The position numbers and the translations under genes were made by a program. Under the pieces are notes generated by a model. It ran no database searches and was not told where the DNA came from. It saw only the letters and a program-made list of their open reading frames with translations. DNA of 64,000 nucleotides from an uncultured Alphaproteobacteria bacterium (GTDB lineage Bacteria; Pseudomonadota; Alphaproteobacteria; CAVTAV01): assembly GCA_963732795.1 (NCBI GenBank), contig CAVTAV010000006.1, positions 960,181 to 1,024,180 of the forward strand, in the 5' to 3' direction. Positions 1 through 13,012 of this stretch are shown here, in pieces. Each line of letters opens with the position of its first letter. Within the stretch, counting starts at the first letter, position 1.

Positions 1-617
1 ACGGTCGCAAAGAGCGTCAAGGCGCCCAGAATCATCAAATAAGGCGTGGCGCCATAACCGGCAATGGCGGAATCCACCGCACCGGCCCCAAAGATAATGA
101 CCGGAACATAGAGCGGCAAGACCAGGAGCGACAAGAGAACCCCGCCGCGGCGCTGCGCCACAGTGACCGAGGCGCCGATCGCGCCGATCAGGCTCAAGGC
201 GGGCGTGCCGATCAGCATGGCCGCGATCAGCACCGGCAGGCCCGAGGCCGGCATGTTCAGGAGCAAGGCCAGAATCGGCGCGGCGACGATCAGCGGCAGG
301 CCCGTGGTGATCCAATGGGCGAGGCATTTCGCCAGCACGAGGGCCCAGAGCGGCAGGGGCGACAGCGCCATCAGATCGAGGCTTCCATCCTCGTAATCGG
401 CCTGGAACAGCCGGTCCAGGCTAATGAGACAAGCGAGAAGCGCCGCGACCCAGATCACGCCCGACGAAATGCGCCGCAGCACGTCGAGCTCCGGCCCGAC
501 ACCGAGGGGAAACAGGGTCACCGCCATGACGAAGAAGATGACCGCCATCGTTCCCGCCCCGCCCTGGCGCAGAGCCAACGCGACATCGCGCCGCACGAGG
601 GCGATGAAGGCCTTCAT
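1..617 (-). CDS. ccmB: heme exporter permease CcmB (cytochrome c maturation); 3' end runs off the window
   Basis: Own reverse-strand translation from ATG 617..615 gives MKAFIALVRRDVALALRQGGAGTMAVIFFVMAVTLFPLGVGPELDVLRR..., typical of CcmB. ATGA start/stop overlap with ccmA. Missing from the ORF track because it is open to the window edge. Confidence 0.8.
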   Translation of the reverse strand, partial: MKAFIALVRRDVALALRQGGAGTMAVIFFVMAVTLFPLGVGPELDVLRRISSGVIWVAALLACLISLDRLFQADYEDGSLDLMALSPLPLWALVLAKCLAHWITTGLPLIVAAPILALLLNMPASGLPVLIAAMLIGTPALSLIGAIGASVTVAQRRGGVLLSLLVLPLYVPVIIFGAGAVDSAIAGYGATPYLMILGALTLFAT

Positions 618-1279
618 GCGGCCCGCCTCCCAGTGAAGGCCGACATATCGGTCTCGGTGACATTTTCGAGCCCGAGATCGATGTGAGTCGCGATCATCGC
701 CATGCCGCCCCGGGCGCGATGCGCGGCGATCAGATCCCCGAGGGCCGCGACCGAGGCCTTGTCGAGCGAGACCGTCGGTTCGTCCAACAGCCAGAGCGGC
801 GCGGCGCTGATCCCGAGGCGCGCGAGGGCGACCCGGCGTTTCTGGCCGGCGGAGAGGAACCGTGCCGGCTGGTCGATCAGGTCTTCCAGCGCAAAGCGTT
901 CCAGGGCGTCGTCGATCCGGTCTTCGGCGTGACCGCCTGCGAGCCGCGCCCAGAAGGCGAGATTCTCGCCCACCGTGAAGACCGGCTTCACCGCATCCAG
1001 GTGGCCGAGATAGAGAAGCCGCTCGCGATGGGCGTCCGGATCCTCAGTGATCGGCGCGCCGCCCCAGGCGAGCGCGCCGTCATAGGGCGCCAGAAATCCG
1101 GCGACGAGGCGCAGCAATGTCGACTTGCCGGCCCCGTTCGGGCCCTTGAGGAGAATTACGCCGCCGGGATCGAGCTGGAAGCTCAGCCCGCGAAAGACCA
1201 TGCGCTCGCCGCGGCGCGCCGCGAGGTCGCGGCCGGTCAGGGGACCGGCGGCCGAGGCATCCTGCATGGCGAGTGTCAC
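614..1279 (-). CDS. ccmA: heme ABC exporter ATP-binding protein CcmA
   Basis: 221-aa ORF with Walker A GPNGAGKST, ABC signature LSAGQKRR and Walker B LWLLDEP. Translationally coupled to ccmB. Confidence 0.85.
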   Translation of the reverse strand: MTLAMQDASAAGPLTGRDLAARRGERMVFRGLSFQLDPGGVILLKGPNGAGKSTLLRLVAGFLAPYDGALAWGGAPITEDPDAHRERLLYLGHLDAVKPVFTVGENLAFWARLAGGHAEDRIDDALERFALEDLIDQPARFLSAGQKRRVALARLGISAAPLWLLDEPTVSLDKASVAALGDLIAAHRARGGMAMIATHIDLGLENVTETDMSAFTGRRAA

Positions 1280-1584
1280 CAGATCCGGCTCGGAAGGTAA
1301 GATCGGACGGGAGCCACTCTCACGCCCTGGCCCCCCTTATAAAGCCGGCGGAAGGGCGCGAAAAGCCCAAGGAAAAGGCACGAAAGGCCTCGTTTATCCC
1401 GTTGTTACCACATTATTAACCGCCCCTTGCCGATATGCTATGGTTGGGATATGCCGACGGCGCGGGGCCGCCCGTTGCTCCGGCCCTTGTTCGCTGCCCG
1501 CTTGCGACCCATCGACGCGACTTTCCCCGGCGCCGCTCTCGCGCGCCAAGCCGCGTTCCAACGAGCCCATAAGGAGCCGCCACC

Positions 1585-4279
<2,695 letters not shown>

Positions 4280-4385
4280 AGAACGGGGAAAGCGTTGCGA
4301 CGTCCGAGCATTAGATGCCCGCAATGTTGATTCCTCACCGAAGCGTGATTCGCCTTGGCCGTGTGGCCTGCCTAACGTTTAAGCT

Positions 4386-5147
4386 ATGACACGCCGGGCC
4401 ATCGCATCGCCCATTCTCGGATTAGCCCTTGCCGTCGGCATCGGCGGGCCGGTCGCGGCGGCCAGTGAGACGGCCGCGCGGGCGGAAGCCACTCCCATCG
4501 TCCTCGAGCTTTTCACCAGCCAGGGATGCTCGTCCTGCCCGCCCGCCGACAGGCTGCTCGGCGAGCTGGGAAAGCGGCCCGATGTCCTCGTTTTGAGCCT
4601 GCCGGTGGATTACTGGGACTATATCGGCTGGAAGGACACTTTCGCCTCCGCCGCCAATACCGAACGTCAGCGAAGCTATGCGCATTCGATGCATCATCGC
4701 AGCATCTATACGCCCGAGATGGTCATCGACGGTCGTTACGATGCGGTCGGCTCCGACCGCGCGGATGTCGAGGGCGCGATCGCAAAAGCCCGAAAGACGG
4801 CGCGGGACCGTGTCGCCGTGACGATCCGGCCCTCATCCGACGGCCTTACCGTCGATATCGCGGGCGGGCGCTCGGAGCGGCCGGCGACGGTGTGGCTGGT
4901 GCGTTACGATCCCCTGCACACCGTGGCGATCGGCGCGGGCGAGAATACCGGCCACCGGATCTCCTATCACAACGTCGTCCGGTCCATGAAATCGATCGGA
5001 ACATGGTCGGGCAAGCCGCTCACCATCCCGGTGAAGCGCCCCTTGCTCGACACCCTGCCCGGCGACCGCACTGCCGTGATCGTGCAATACGGCCGGACCG
5101 GCCCCATCGTCGGCGCCACGCATCTCAAGCCCGCGAAATCGGATTAG
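4386..5147 (+). CDS. DUF1223 family secreted thioredoxin-like protein
   Basis: 253-aa ORF with a signal-peptide-like N-terminus and the family hallmark VLELFTSQGCSSCPPAD. Confidence 0.7.
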   Translation: MTRRAIASPILGLALAVGIGGPVAAASETAARAEATPIVLELFTSQGCSSCPPADRLLGELGKRPDVLVLSLPVDYWDYIGWKDTFASAANTERQRSYAHSMHHRSIYTPEMVIDGRYDAVGSDRADVEGAIAKARKTARDRVAVTIRPSSDGLTVDIAGGRSERPATVWLVRYDPLHTVAIGAGENTGHRISYHNVVRSMKSIGTWSGKPLTIPVKRPLLDTLPGDRTAVIVQYGRTGPIVGATHLKPAKSD

Positions 5148-5240
5148 CGGCTACCCCCAAGACACCCGCTCATCCCGGCGAACGCCGGAAGGAGCGGATG
5201 AAGGGTTGAGGCTGGCCCATTCGGCCTAAGGCCTTCGCGG

Positions 5241-7155
5241 CTACCCCGCCAGCCCCTTCGACATCATCGCGGCCAGGCGCTTGGCGAAGCCGACAGGGTC
5301 GGCCGGTTGCTCGCCTTCCATGATGCGGGCCTGATCGAACAGGAGGTGGATGTGGTCGGCGATCTTGTCGACGCCGCCGGCCTGCTGGACCTGCTCGGCG
5401 AGCGAGCGGATCAGGGCGTGGCGCGGATTGATCTCCAGGATCTTGGGCCGTTCCGCATTGAGCTGATCGTGCTCCTTGAGAAGCCGCTGGAGATGGACGT
5501 CGAGATCGCCTTCGTCGGCAACGAGACAGACGGCGCTCTCGGTCAGGCGATCCGTCGAGCGGACGTCCTTCACGGTATCGCCCAAGGTCTGCTTGAAGGC
5601 GGCGACGAGGGTCGCGACGGAAGCGTCACTCGGCGCGTCGGCCGGCTTTTCGTCCTCGGTCTTGGTCTCGATGCCGGAGAAATCGGGCGTGCCGCGGGTG
5701 ATCGAACGGAACGGCTTGTCGTCATAGGCATTGACCGAGGGAAGCCAGAACTCGTCCACCGGATCGGTCAGGAGCAGCACCTCGATGCCGCGGGCGCGGA
5801 AGCCTTCGAGATGGGGGCTGCGCTTCAGAGCGTCCAAGTCGTCGCCCGTGAGATAGAAGATCTCCTTCTGCCCCTTGGGCATGCGCTCGACATAGTCCTT
5901 GAGCGAGGTCAGGCCGTCCGCTCCGGTCGAGCGGAAGCGGGCCAGCGCTCAGCAGGTCGTCGCGGCGCTCGAAATCCTCGTAGAGGCCTTCCTTGAGGAC
6001 GGCGCCGAAGGTCTTCCAGAACTTGGCGTATTCCTCCGGCTCCTTTTTCGCCTTCTTGTCGAGCTCGGCGAGGATCTTCTTGGTCACGCCGTTGCGGATC
6101 GCGGCGAGCAGCGGATTGTTCTGCAGCATCTCGCGGCTGATATTGAGCGCGAGATCGGCGGAATCGATCACGCCGCGCACGAAGCGCAGGTAAGGCGGCA
6201 CCAGTTCCTTGCAGTCGTCGGTGATGAAGACGCGCCGGACATAGAGCTTGACGTGATTGGCGCGGGACGGATCGAACAGGTCGAAGGGCCGGGTCTCGGG
6301 AATGAACAGCAGCACGTCGTATTCGATCTTGCCCTCGGCCTTGTAATGGAGCGTCAGCCACGGCTCGTCGAAGGCATGGGCGAGATGGTGATAACACTCC
6401 TTGTATTGCTCCGGCGTGATCTCGGATTTCGGCCGGCTCCAGAGCGCCGAGGCTTCATTGACGGTCTCGGGCTCGCCGGGCTTGCCGTCCTTGACCTCGA
6501 TAAGGCGGATCGGCAGCGAGATGTGATCGGAATAGGTCTTGACGATGCGCTTGAGCTCGGCGGGCTCCAGGAACGATTTCGAATCCTTGCGGAGATGCAA
6601 GAGCACCGAGGTGCCGTGGTCGCGTTTCTCCGCCGCGCCGACGGTGAAGGTGCCGAGCCCGTCCGACGACCAGTGCCAGGCGTTCTCCTCGCCCGCCTTG
6701 CGGCTGACGACGTCCACCTTGTCGGCGACCATGAAGGCGGCATAAAAGCCGACGCCGAACTGGCCGATCATCGAGACGGCGTCCTTGTCGTCCTTCTTCT
6801 TCTCCGCCATCTGCTCGACGAAAGCGGCTGTGCCGGAGCGGGCGATGGTGCCGAGATTCTCGATCAGATCCTCGCGGTTCATGCCGACGCCGTTGTCGCT
6901 GATGGTGAGCGTCCCGGCCTTGGCATCGGTCGTGATGGTGACCGCGAATTCGTCGCCTTCGGTAAGGAGCTGCGGGTTGGTGAGCGCGAGATAGCGCAGA
7001 CGGTCGCAGGCGTCCGAGGCGTTCGACACCAGCTCGCGAAGGAACACCTCCTTCTCGCTATAGACCGAGTGGGTCATGATATGGAGAAGCCGCGCGACCT
7101 CCGCCTGGAAGCCGAGTTTCTCCTCGCCGTTCATGCTTTCCTGAGCGTCAGACAT
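5241..7155 (-). pseudogene. htpG: molecular chaperone HtpG (Hsp90); frame broken once (extra base near 5946)
   Basis: ORF 5722..7155 carries the GHKL ATPase N-terminus (LRELVSNASDACDRLRY, DNGVGM). ORF 5241..5882 carries the C-terminal half. The junction ...FERRDDLLS | LARFRSTGADGLTSLKDYVERMPKGQKE is restored by removing one base. Length 1915 = 3n+1. Confidence 0.9.
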
Positions 7156-7201
7156 CCGGTGCGATCCTCTGATTCTTCCCCGCCGTTAAGGTCAGCGCAC
7201 C

Positions 7202-7230
7202 ATATGTGGAACCGCGCCCCCGGCGTCAAG
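7202..7230 (-). promoter_or_regulatory. candidate RpoH (sigma-32) heat-shock promoter of htpG
   Basis: The reverse strand reads CTTGAC-N15-CCACATAT, close to the sigma-32 consensus CTTGAA-N13-15-CCCCATNT. It lies about 47 nt upstream of the htpG ATG. Confidence 0.4.
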
Positions 7231-7265
7231 ACCCAGCGGCCACGTTATCAAGCGAATTGAAGGGG

Positions 7266-8447
7266 TTAGGTGCCGCCCGGGTTGGGTTTGCCGGGCTTAT
7301 CGGACTTCTTCTCGTCCTTCGCCAAGAGATCCGACATCTTCTTGGTCAGATCCTTCGCCTTGTAGCTCGCCAGCTCATAGGCCCAGCCCTGGACGCGGTC
7401 GTTGATCGCCTTCGCCTCGGCGGGGACGTCGAGCGGCTTCTCTTTGGCCTTGTCCTTGTCTTTGTCCATAGCCTTGCCGGCATCTTTCGACGTCGTGTCG
7501 TCGGCGGATTTGGTTGCGGCGCTCTCATCGGCAGGTTCCGGGTGCTCGGCGCCGGGCAGGGCCTTGGCCTCGAACTCGATCCAGGTCTTCTTATCCGCCG
7601 ACGCCAGCTTAGCGGTCACTTCGAGCCCGTCGAACGTGCGGTATACGGCGGAATCGGCCTTGGAGAAATCGACGTCGGAGGCCGGCTTCACGTCGTCGAA
7701 CGACATATAGGCCAGCCCCTCGGCGATCGAATCGGGTGCGGCTTCGAATTGTAGCTTCGCCCCCGCCGGCATGTTGCGGACCTTGAAGTTCTTGTCGTTC
7801 TTCGACTCGCGATAGACGGCGAGCGTATTCCGGTCGGGGCCCGAGAGGACCGCTTCCTTCACCCGCTCGCGCGGTACGGCAACCGTGTCCTCGACCCACC
7901 AGGATTTCGGCGCGGTATCGATATTCGGCGCGTTTTCGACCTGCCAGGCGCGGCCGCCGTCGGGCTTGCGGACATAGGCGCGCGCGGCATTGACGCCGGG
8001 CACGTATTTACGCTCGCCGAACAGCGCGCTCGCCACCGTCTTGCCGTCGCTTTTGAGCTCGATGAGCTTGGCCTTGGAATCGTCCGCCGTGACGCTTTGG
8101 AGGCCGAGCTCGCCGAACAGCTTGGGATTATCGGTTTTGGCCTCGACCGTCTTCATTTCGGTCAGGCCGACGATGGTCTTCTTCACCATGTCGAACTTGG
8201 CCGGATAGTCGTCCTTGCTAGCGATGACCCAGCTGCCGTCCGGCATCCGCTTGATGACGGTCGAATCGGTGTGGCTCTTCACGTCGATCTCATCGACCGT
8301 GTTGATCTTGGCCGCGAGATTCGGGAACAGCGGCGGCAATTCCTGAACCGACGCCATCTGATCGTTGCGGAGCCGAACCGAGTACGCCGCGGCGGCGATC
8401 ACCACGACGGTCACGATCGTCAGGGAAACCAGATTTCTCGTCTTCAT
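7266..8447 (-). CDS. DUF4340 domain protein, last gene of the ABC/GldG-like operon
   Basis: 393-aa ORF with one N-terminal TM helix and a Lys/Asp-rich tail. It sits directly downstream of the GldG-like gene, the usual DUF4340 position. Confidence 0.7.
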   Translation of the reverse strand: MKTRNLVSLTIVTVVVIAAAAYSVRLRNDQMASVQELPPLFPNLAAKINTVDEIDVKSHTDSTVIKRMPDGSWVIASKDDYPAKFDMVKKTIVGLTEMKTVEAKTDNPKLFGELGLQSVTADDSKAKLIELKSDGKTVASALFGERKYVPGVNAARAYVRKPDGGRAWQVENAPNIDTAPKSWWVEDTVAVPRERVKEAVLSGPDRNTLAVYRESKNDKNFKVRNMPAGAKLQFEAAPDSIAEGLAYMSFDDVKPASDVDFSKADSAVYRTFDGLEVTAKLASADKKTWIEFEAKALPGAEHPEPADESAATKSADDTTSKDAGKAMDKDKDKAKEKPLDVPAEAKAINDRVQGWAYELASYKAKDLTKKMSDLLAKDEKKSDKPGKPNPGGT

Positions 8448-8492
8448 CGAATTTGCCCCCGTGCTCCGGGTCGGGACACCGTCATTCCGCCA

Positions 8493-10469
8493 TCATTCCT
8501 CTGGCTCGGCATCGGCCGTGCGGCGGCGCCGGCGGGTATAGGCCACCGACAGCGCGATCAGCAGGACCACCACCGGCATGAACCCGATATTGACCGCCTT
8601 GGTCCAGGTCTCAAGGGTTTCGATGTCCTTGCGGAGATCGTGCTGAACGTCGCGGAGCTGGCGGCGGATCACGACCATCTGGCCGCGGAACCGGTCGATC
8701 TCCTCCTGCTGCTGCGGGCTCAGAAGCGCGGTGCCCGAATCGCCCGGCTTCTGGGACTGCAGCTCGGCGATCCGCTTCTTGGCCTGGTCGAGATCGTCTT
8801 GGAGGCGCTGCTCCTTGGCGAGATACTGGTGCTCGGCGTCCTTGCGGATCGACTCGACGAGGGTGAAGGGCCGCGCCGAGGTGCCCCGACTGCGCAGGCT
8901 GATCAAATCGTTCGAGCCGGTCAGGTTGTCGATCGCGTTGATCACGAAGGCGCCGTTGTCGGCGATCGGAATCATCACGCGCTGGCCGAGGAAATTCTGG
9001 GTCTGGGCCCAGAACTTGTCGTCCCAGAGATCGGTGTCGGCGACCACGATGACGTTGATCGGCTCGACGGATTTCTTGAGATATTGCGTCGTCGGCGCGG
9101 CGTCCTTGTCGTCGGCCTTCGCCGCATCATCGCTCTTATCGGCGTCATTCTGCTTGCTCGTATCCTCGGTGGCTTTTGGCGGGCCGTCGGGGAAGGCCGT
9201 CGTCACATTGCCCGAGATCCGCGCCGCGACCGTATAGGACGAGTTGCTCGAAACGAATTCCCGGGTCAGCTCGTCCGGCTGAGGCTGGGTGCGGAGCTTC
9301 GCCGAATCGAGGATCATGGTGTTGCGGCTGGTGCTGACCAGGGGCTCGAAATTGGTCGTCGCCTTCGCCGTGCGGTCGAGATGGCCGACGCTCGCCATGT
9401 TGAGCGAGGACAGATTGGCGGTGACCACATCGTCCTTGGAGAAGTCGCCATCGCGGAAGCCGACCCAGATCAGGTAGTCGACCACCTTGCGGCCCGAGGA
9501 CGGGTCGTTCATCTGGACCCGCTGGGCGCGGCCCAGATCGCCGACCACCTGATGCGGTGGCATGTCGACGCCCCAGTCGTTCAGGAGCTTCTTCAGATTC
9601 GACGAATCGGGAATCTTGGGGCCCGGCTGCCGGCTCGCCGCCTGCCGCATGCCCGCCGACGCGCCGATCTCGGAATAGGGATCGACGAAGACCAGCGCCC
9701 GGCCGCCACCGAGCACGAACTGGTCGATCGCGAACAGGGTCTGATCGCTCAGATTGCTCGGATTGACGATCACGAGGACGCTGATGTCGTCGCTGATCTT
9801 GTCGGTATCGAGGTCGATCGGCTCGACGTCATAGGTGTCGGCGATCTGCTGATAGAGCTCATAGGGCATCGCCCCGCCCTGGATCGCGGCCATCGCGCCG
9901 CCCGGGCCGAATTGCAGCGGCAGGGAGGTCATCAGCCCGATCTTGGTGCGCTGGGTGTTCGACAGCTTGTCGACCAGATGGGTCAAATCGTATTCGAGGA
10001 ACTGCTCGCGATCCTGGTTGAAGAACGCGATCACGTCCTGCTTGTCGGTCTGATTGGTGCCGACGAGGCCGAAATAGAGCGTGTCGCCGTTATTCACCGG
10101 CGCGCCCTGGAGGCCGTAGCTGACCGCCTCGTCCTCCTGGGGCGTGAACGGCTCGGGATTGATGATCCGGACCGAGAGCTTGCCGCCCGCGAGCGCGGAA
10201 TATTCGCGCAGCAGATCCTCCACCCGGTCGGCATAGGCCCGGATCGAGGGATACTGGCTCGCGGCATCGGCCGAGAAATAGAGCCGCAAGGTCACCGGCT
10301 GCTTGAGATTCTTGAGGATGTGCTTGGTGCCGTCGCTCAAGGTGTAGAGCTTGTCCTGGGTGAGATCGAGCCGTTCGCCGCCCAGCATCGTCGACGCCAG
10401 GACATTCACCGCCAGGAACAGGGCGGCGCAAAGGATCAGGGTGATCGCGGTGGAGGTTCTTGCCTTCAT
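8493..10469 (-). CDS. GldG-family ABC-transporter auxiliary protein
   Basis: 658-aa ORF with N- and C-terminal TM helices flanking a large periplasmic region. Follows the ABC-2 permease after an 8-nt gap. Confidence 0.75.
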   Translation of the reverse strand: MKARTSTAITLILCAALFLAVNVLASTMLGGERLDLTQDKLYTLSDGTKHILKNLKQPVTLRLYFSADAASQYPSIRAYADRVEDLLREYSALAGGKLSVRIINPEPFTPQEDEAVSYGLQGAPVNNGDTLYFGLVGTNQTDKQDVIAFFNQDREQFLEYDLTHLVDKLSNTQRTKIGLMTSLPLQFGPGGAMAAIQGGAMPYELYQQIADTYDVEPIDLDTDKISDDISVLVIVNPSNLSDQTLFAIDQFVLGGGRALVFVDPYSEIGASAGMRQAASRQPGPKIPDSSNLKKLLNDWGVDMPPHQVVGDLGRAQRVQMNDPSSGRKVVDYLIWVGFRDGDFSKDDVVTANLSSLNMASVGHLDRTAKATTNFEPLVSTSRNTMILDSAKLRTQPQPDELTREFVSSNSSYTVAARISGNVTTAFPDGPPKATEDTSKQNDADKSDDAAKADDKDAAPTTQYLKKSVEPINVIVVADTDLWDDKFWAQTQNFLGQRVMIPIADNGAFVINAIDNLTGSNDLISLRSRGTSARPFTLVESIRKDAEHQYLAKEQRLQDDLDQAKKRIAELQSQKPGDSGTALLSPQQQEEIDRFRGQMVVIRRQLRDVQHDLRKDIETLETWTKAVNIGFMPVVVLLIALSVAYTRRRRRTADAEPEE

Positions 10470-10476
10470 CGCGCCG

Positions 10477-11215
10477 TCAGCTCGCTTTCTTCAATTCGAC
10501 GACCACGCCGTTGGCGACCAGCCAGACGACGATGAGGGAGGCGAAGAAGACGAAGCTCTTCGCGGTGATCACGCCATCGACGATTCCGTTGAACTGGGTC
10601 AGGAAGCTGAACGAGGCGACGATATCGGTGAAGAAGGGCGGCGCCCAGGAGCGCACGAGATCGAGCACGATGGGAAGCCCGCTCACCAGGAACAGGAAGC
10701 ACACCGCGACGCTCACCACGAAGGCGATGACCTGGTTCTTGGTCGTCGCCGAGATGCAGGAGCCGATCGCGAGATAGGCGCCCGACATGAACAGGCTGCC
10801 GATATAGCCGGCCACGATCACGCCGTTGTCGGGATTGCCGAGAATGTTGACCGTGATCCAGATCGGGAAGGTGAGCGCCAGCGCGATGGCCGTAAAGAGC
10901 CACGCCGCCAGGAACTTTCCGAGCACGGCGGCGGATAGCGGCACCGGCAGGGTGATCAGCAGCTCGATCGTGCCGCTACGGCGCTCCTCGGCCCACAGCC
11001 GCATCGAGATCGCCGGGATCAGAAAGAGATAGAGCCAAGGATGGAACGAGAAGAACGACTTTAGATCCGCCTGGCCGCGGTCGAAGAAGTTGCCGATATA
11101 GAAGGTGAAGACGCCGGTCGCCAACAGGAAGATGATGATGAACACATAGGCCGAGCGGCGTCGCGAAATAGCCCGAGAACTCGCGCTTCATCACGCTCCA
11201 GGTATCACGCAGCAC
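10477..11215 (-). pseudogene. ABC-2 type transporter permease; frame broken once (extra base near 11150)
   Basis: ORF 10976..11215 (MLRDTWSVMKREFSGYFATPL...) continues into ORF 10477..11145 (...FIIIFLLATGVFTFYIGNFF...) after removal of one G in ccgctcgGcctatgtg. Length 739 = 3n+1. GTG start 4 nt after the ATPase stop. Confidence 0.8.
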
Positions 11216-11218
11216 GGC

Positions 11219-12181
11219 TCACGCCCTCCCTTCGTCGGCGTCGCCCGTCGTGATCGCGCGGAACACGTCGTCGAGGCGGCTCGGCTCGACATAGAGCTGG
11301 TCGACCTCCCAGTCGGCGCCATGGGCCAGCGCGCCGACCTCGTTCAGGATCGATGCGCGGTCGGCCGCGAGCACGATCAGATGGACCGAGCCGGCATCCG
11401 CACCGCGCTGCTCGACGGCGGCGACGAAATCGCAGGCCGTAAGGTCCCGCCGGGCGGCATCCGCCGTCGCCGCGCTGACCCGGATCGAGACCGCGTTGTG
11501 ATACGGCGATTGCGCCTGCAGCTCGCGCGGCGTGCCGTCGGCGACGACCCGGCCGTGATCGATGATCATGGCGCGGTTACAGACCGCGTCGACCTCTTCG
11601 AGGATATGGGTGGAGATGATGATCGCCTTGTCCGGCGCCATGGATTTGATCAGGCTGCGGACGTCGTATTTCTGATTGGGGTCCAGGCCGTCGGTCGGCT
11701 CGTCGAGCACCAGCACCGGCGGATCGTGCAGGATCGCTTGCGCCAAGCCCACGCGCCGCTTGAAACCTTTGGACAGGGTCTCGATCGATTGGTCGAGAAC
11801 GCCGTCGATATGGACCGCCCCGATCGCGCGCTCGATCGCGGCATCGCGCTTGGCCCCCTTGAGCTCGCGCACCTCGGCGATGAATTTGAGGAGCTGGCGC
11901 GGCGTCATGTCGGGATAGAGCGGCGCGCCTTCGGGCAGATAGCCGAGCGACCGCTTGGCCGCCAGCGGATCGGCCACGACGTCGTAGTCGCAGACCATGA
12001 TCGAGCCCGAATCCGGCCGCAGGAAGCCGGTGATCATCTTCATGGTGGTGGATTTGCCGGCGCCGTTCGGCCCCAGAAAGCCGAGCACCTCACCGCGCTC
12101 CATGTGGAACGAAATGCCATCCACGGCGGTGATTGGGCCGAATCGTTTGATCAAGCCGCTGACTTCGAGCATGGCCGACAT
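11219..12181 (-). CDS. ABC transporter ATP-binding protein, first gene of the GldG-like operon
   Basis: Walker A GPNGAGKST, signature LSKGFKRR, Walker B LVLDEPTDGLD. I place the start at MSAMLEVSGL (12181) rather than the ORF-track start 12310. Confidence 0.85.
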   Translation of the reverse strand: MSAMLEVSGLIKRFGPITAVDGISFHMERGEVLGFLGPNGAGKSTTMKMITGFLRPDSGSIMVCDYDVVADPLAAKRSLGYLPEGAPLYPDMTPRQLLKFIAEVRELKGAKRDAAIERAIGAVHIDGVLDQSIETLSKGFKRRVGLAQAILHDPPVLVLDEPTDGLDPNQKYDVRSLIKSMAPDKAIIISTHILEEVDAVCNRAMIIDHGRVVADGTPRELQAQSPYHNAVSIRVSAATADAARRDLTACDFVAAVEQRGADAGSVHLIVLAADRASILNEVGALAHGADWEVDQLYVEPSRLDDVFRAITTGDADEGRA

Positions 12182-12604
12182 CGATACCCGCTCTCTGCGC
12201 TGTCGATCTATAGGTGAACCGCCGGACCCGCGACGAGCCGCCTCTCCGGACCCGTCCGCAAGCCGCAGGGACAGGGAACCGTTCATAGCGAAAGCGATTG
12301 GCACTCGCAAGTCACATTCCCGGCGGACAATTTGTCACACCGGAACGGTGGGTTAGCGGATTTTCTTTTGGGAGGAGGGGGCCTTGAGGCCCAGCCGGTC
12401 CGAATTGGGAAGGGGGGCTGGGGGGCTATAGTTCCCGTCACGGACACGACTGGGCCGACGAGGCCAACGACTGAAATGTCGATTTTCAATACGGCGTCAG
12501 TGGGTCCGAATCTGGGCGAAAATGAGGCAATTTTATCCACAGGTTGCGCCGATTAAAGACCGGATCCTCTTGCTTTTCCTCCGCAATCCGCCAATTCTTT
12601 AGCC

Positions 12605-13003
12605 ATGAACGATGAAACGCCCATAGCGTTTGTTCGTCCCCCCATGGGCCAGGGGGGGCGAAAGGTAGCGTTCCCGGCCCCGACCAATCTCAACGTTCCC
12701 AGCACGTTCTTCAATCGGCACGAGCTGAAGCTGATTCTCGACCTCTATGGCCGCATGGTCGCCGCCGGCGAATGGCGGGATTATGCGATCGACGACGACG
12801 GCGAGGCGGCGTCGTTCTCGATCTATCGCCGGTCGAGCGAGATGCCGCTCTATCAAATCGAAAAGCGGCCCAAGCTGGCCCGCAAGCAGGGTGCCTATTC
12901 GATCCGCTCGGCTTCCGGCCAGATCCTCAAGCGCGGCCAGTCGCTCGACACCATGCTCAAATTCTTCAACCGCAGGCTCCTGAAGCTCGTTACCGAGCAC
13001 TGA
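12605..13003 (+). CDS. DUF2794 domain protein
   Basis: 132-aa ORF with the conserved FFNRHELKLILDLYGRMVAAGEWRDYAID core. Confidence 0.7.
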   Translation: MNDETPIAFVRPPMGQGGRKVAFPAPTNLNVPSTFFNRHELKLILDLYGRMVAAGEWRDYAIDDDGEAASFSIYRRSSEMPLYQIEKRPKLARKQGAYSIRSASGQILKRGQSLDTMLKFFNRRLLKLVTEH

Positions 13004-13012
13004 GCGGCCGTG

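Noticed and set aside
8097-10535. 812-aa forward ORF opposite the GldG-like and DUF4340 genes
   Set aside because: Same shadow-ORF signature (Arg/Leu/Gly/Asp-rich). The opposite strand carries coherent conserved proteins.
12298-12313. TGGCAC hexamer that could be a second sigma-54 promoter
   Set aside because: The -12 position reads AGTC rather than TTGC, and the nearest downstream gene start is ~290 nt away.
12370-12425. G-rich tracts (GGGAGGAGGGGG ... GGGAAGGGGGGCTGGGGGG) as a possible G-quadruplex or regulatory element in the divergent promoter region
   Set aside because: Only three well-spaced G3+ tracts are close together, and the fourth needs a ~25-nt loop. There is no independent support.
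12480-12520. T-loop-like GGTCCGAATC suggesting a tRNA
   Set aside because: The flanking bases cannot form a T-stem, and no acceptor or anticodon arms can be drawn.
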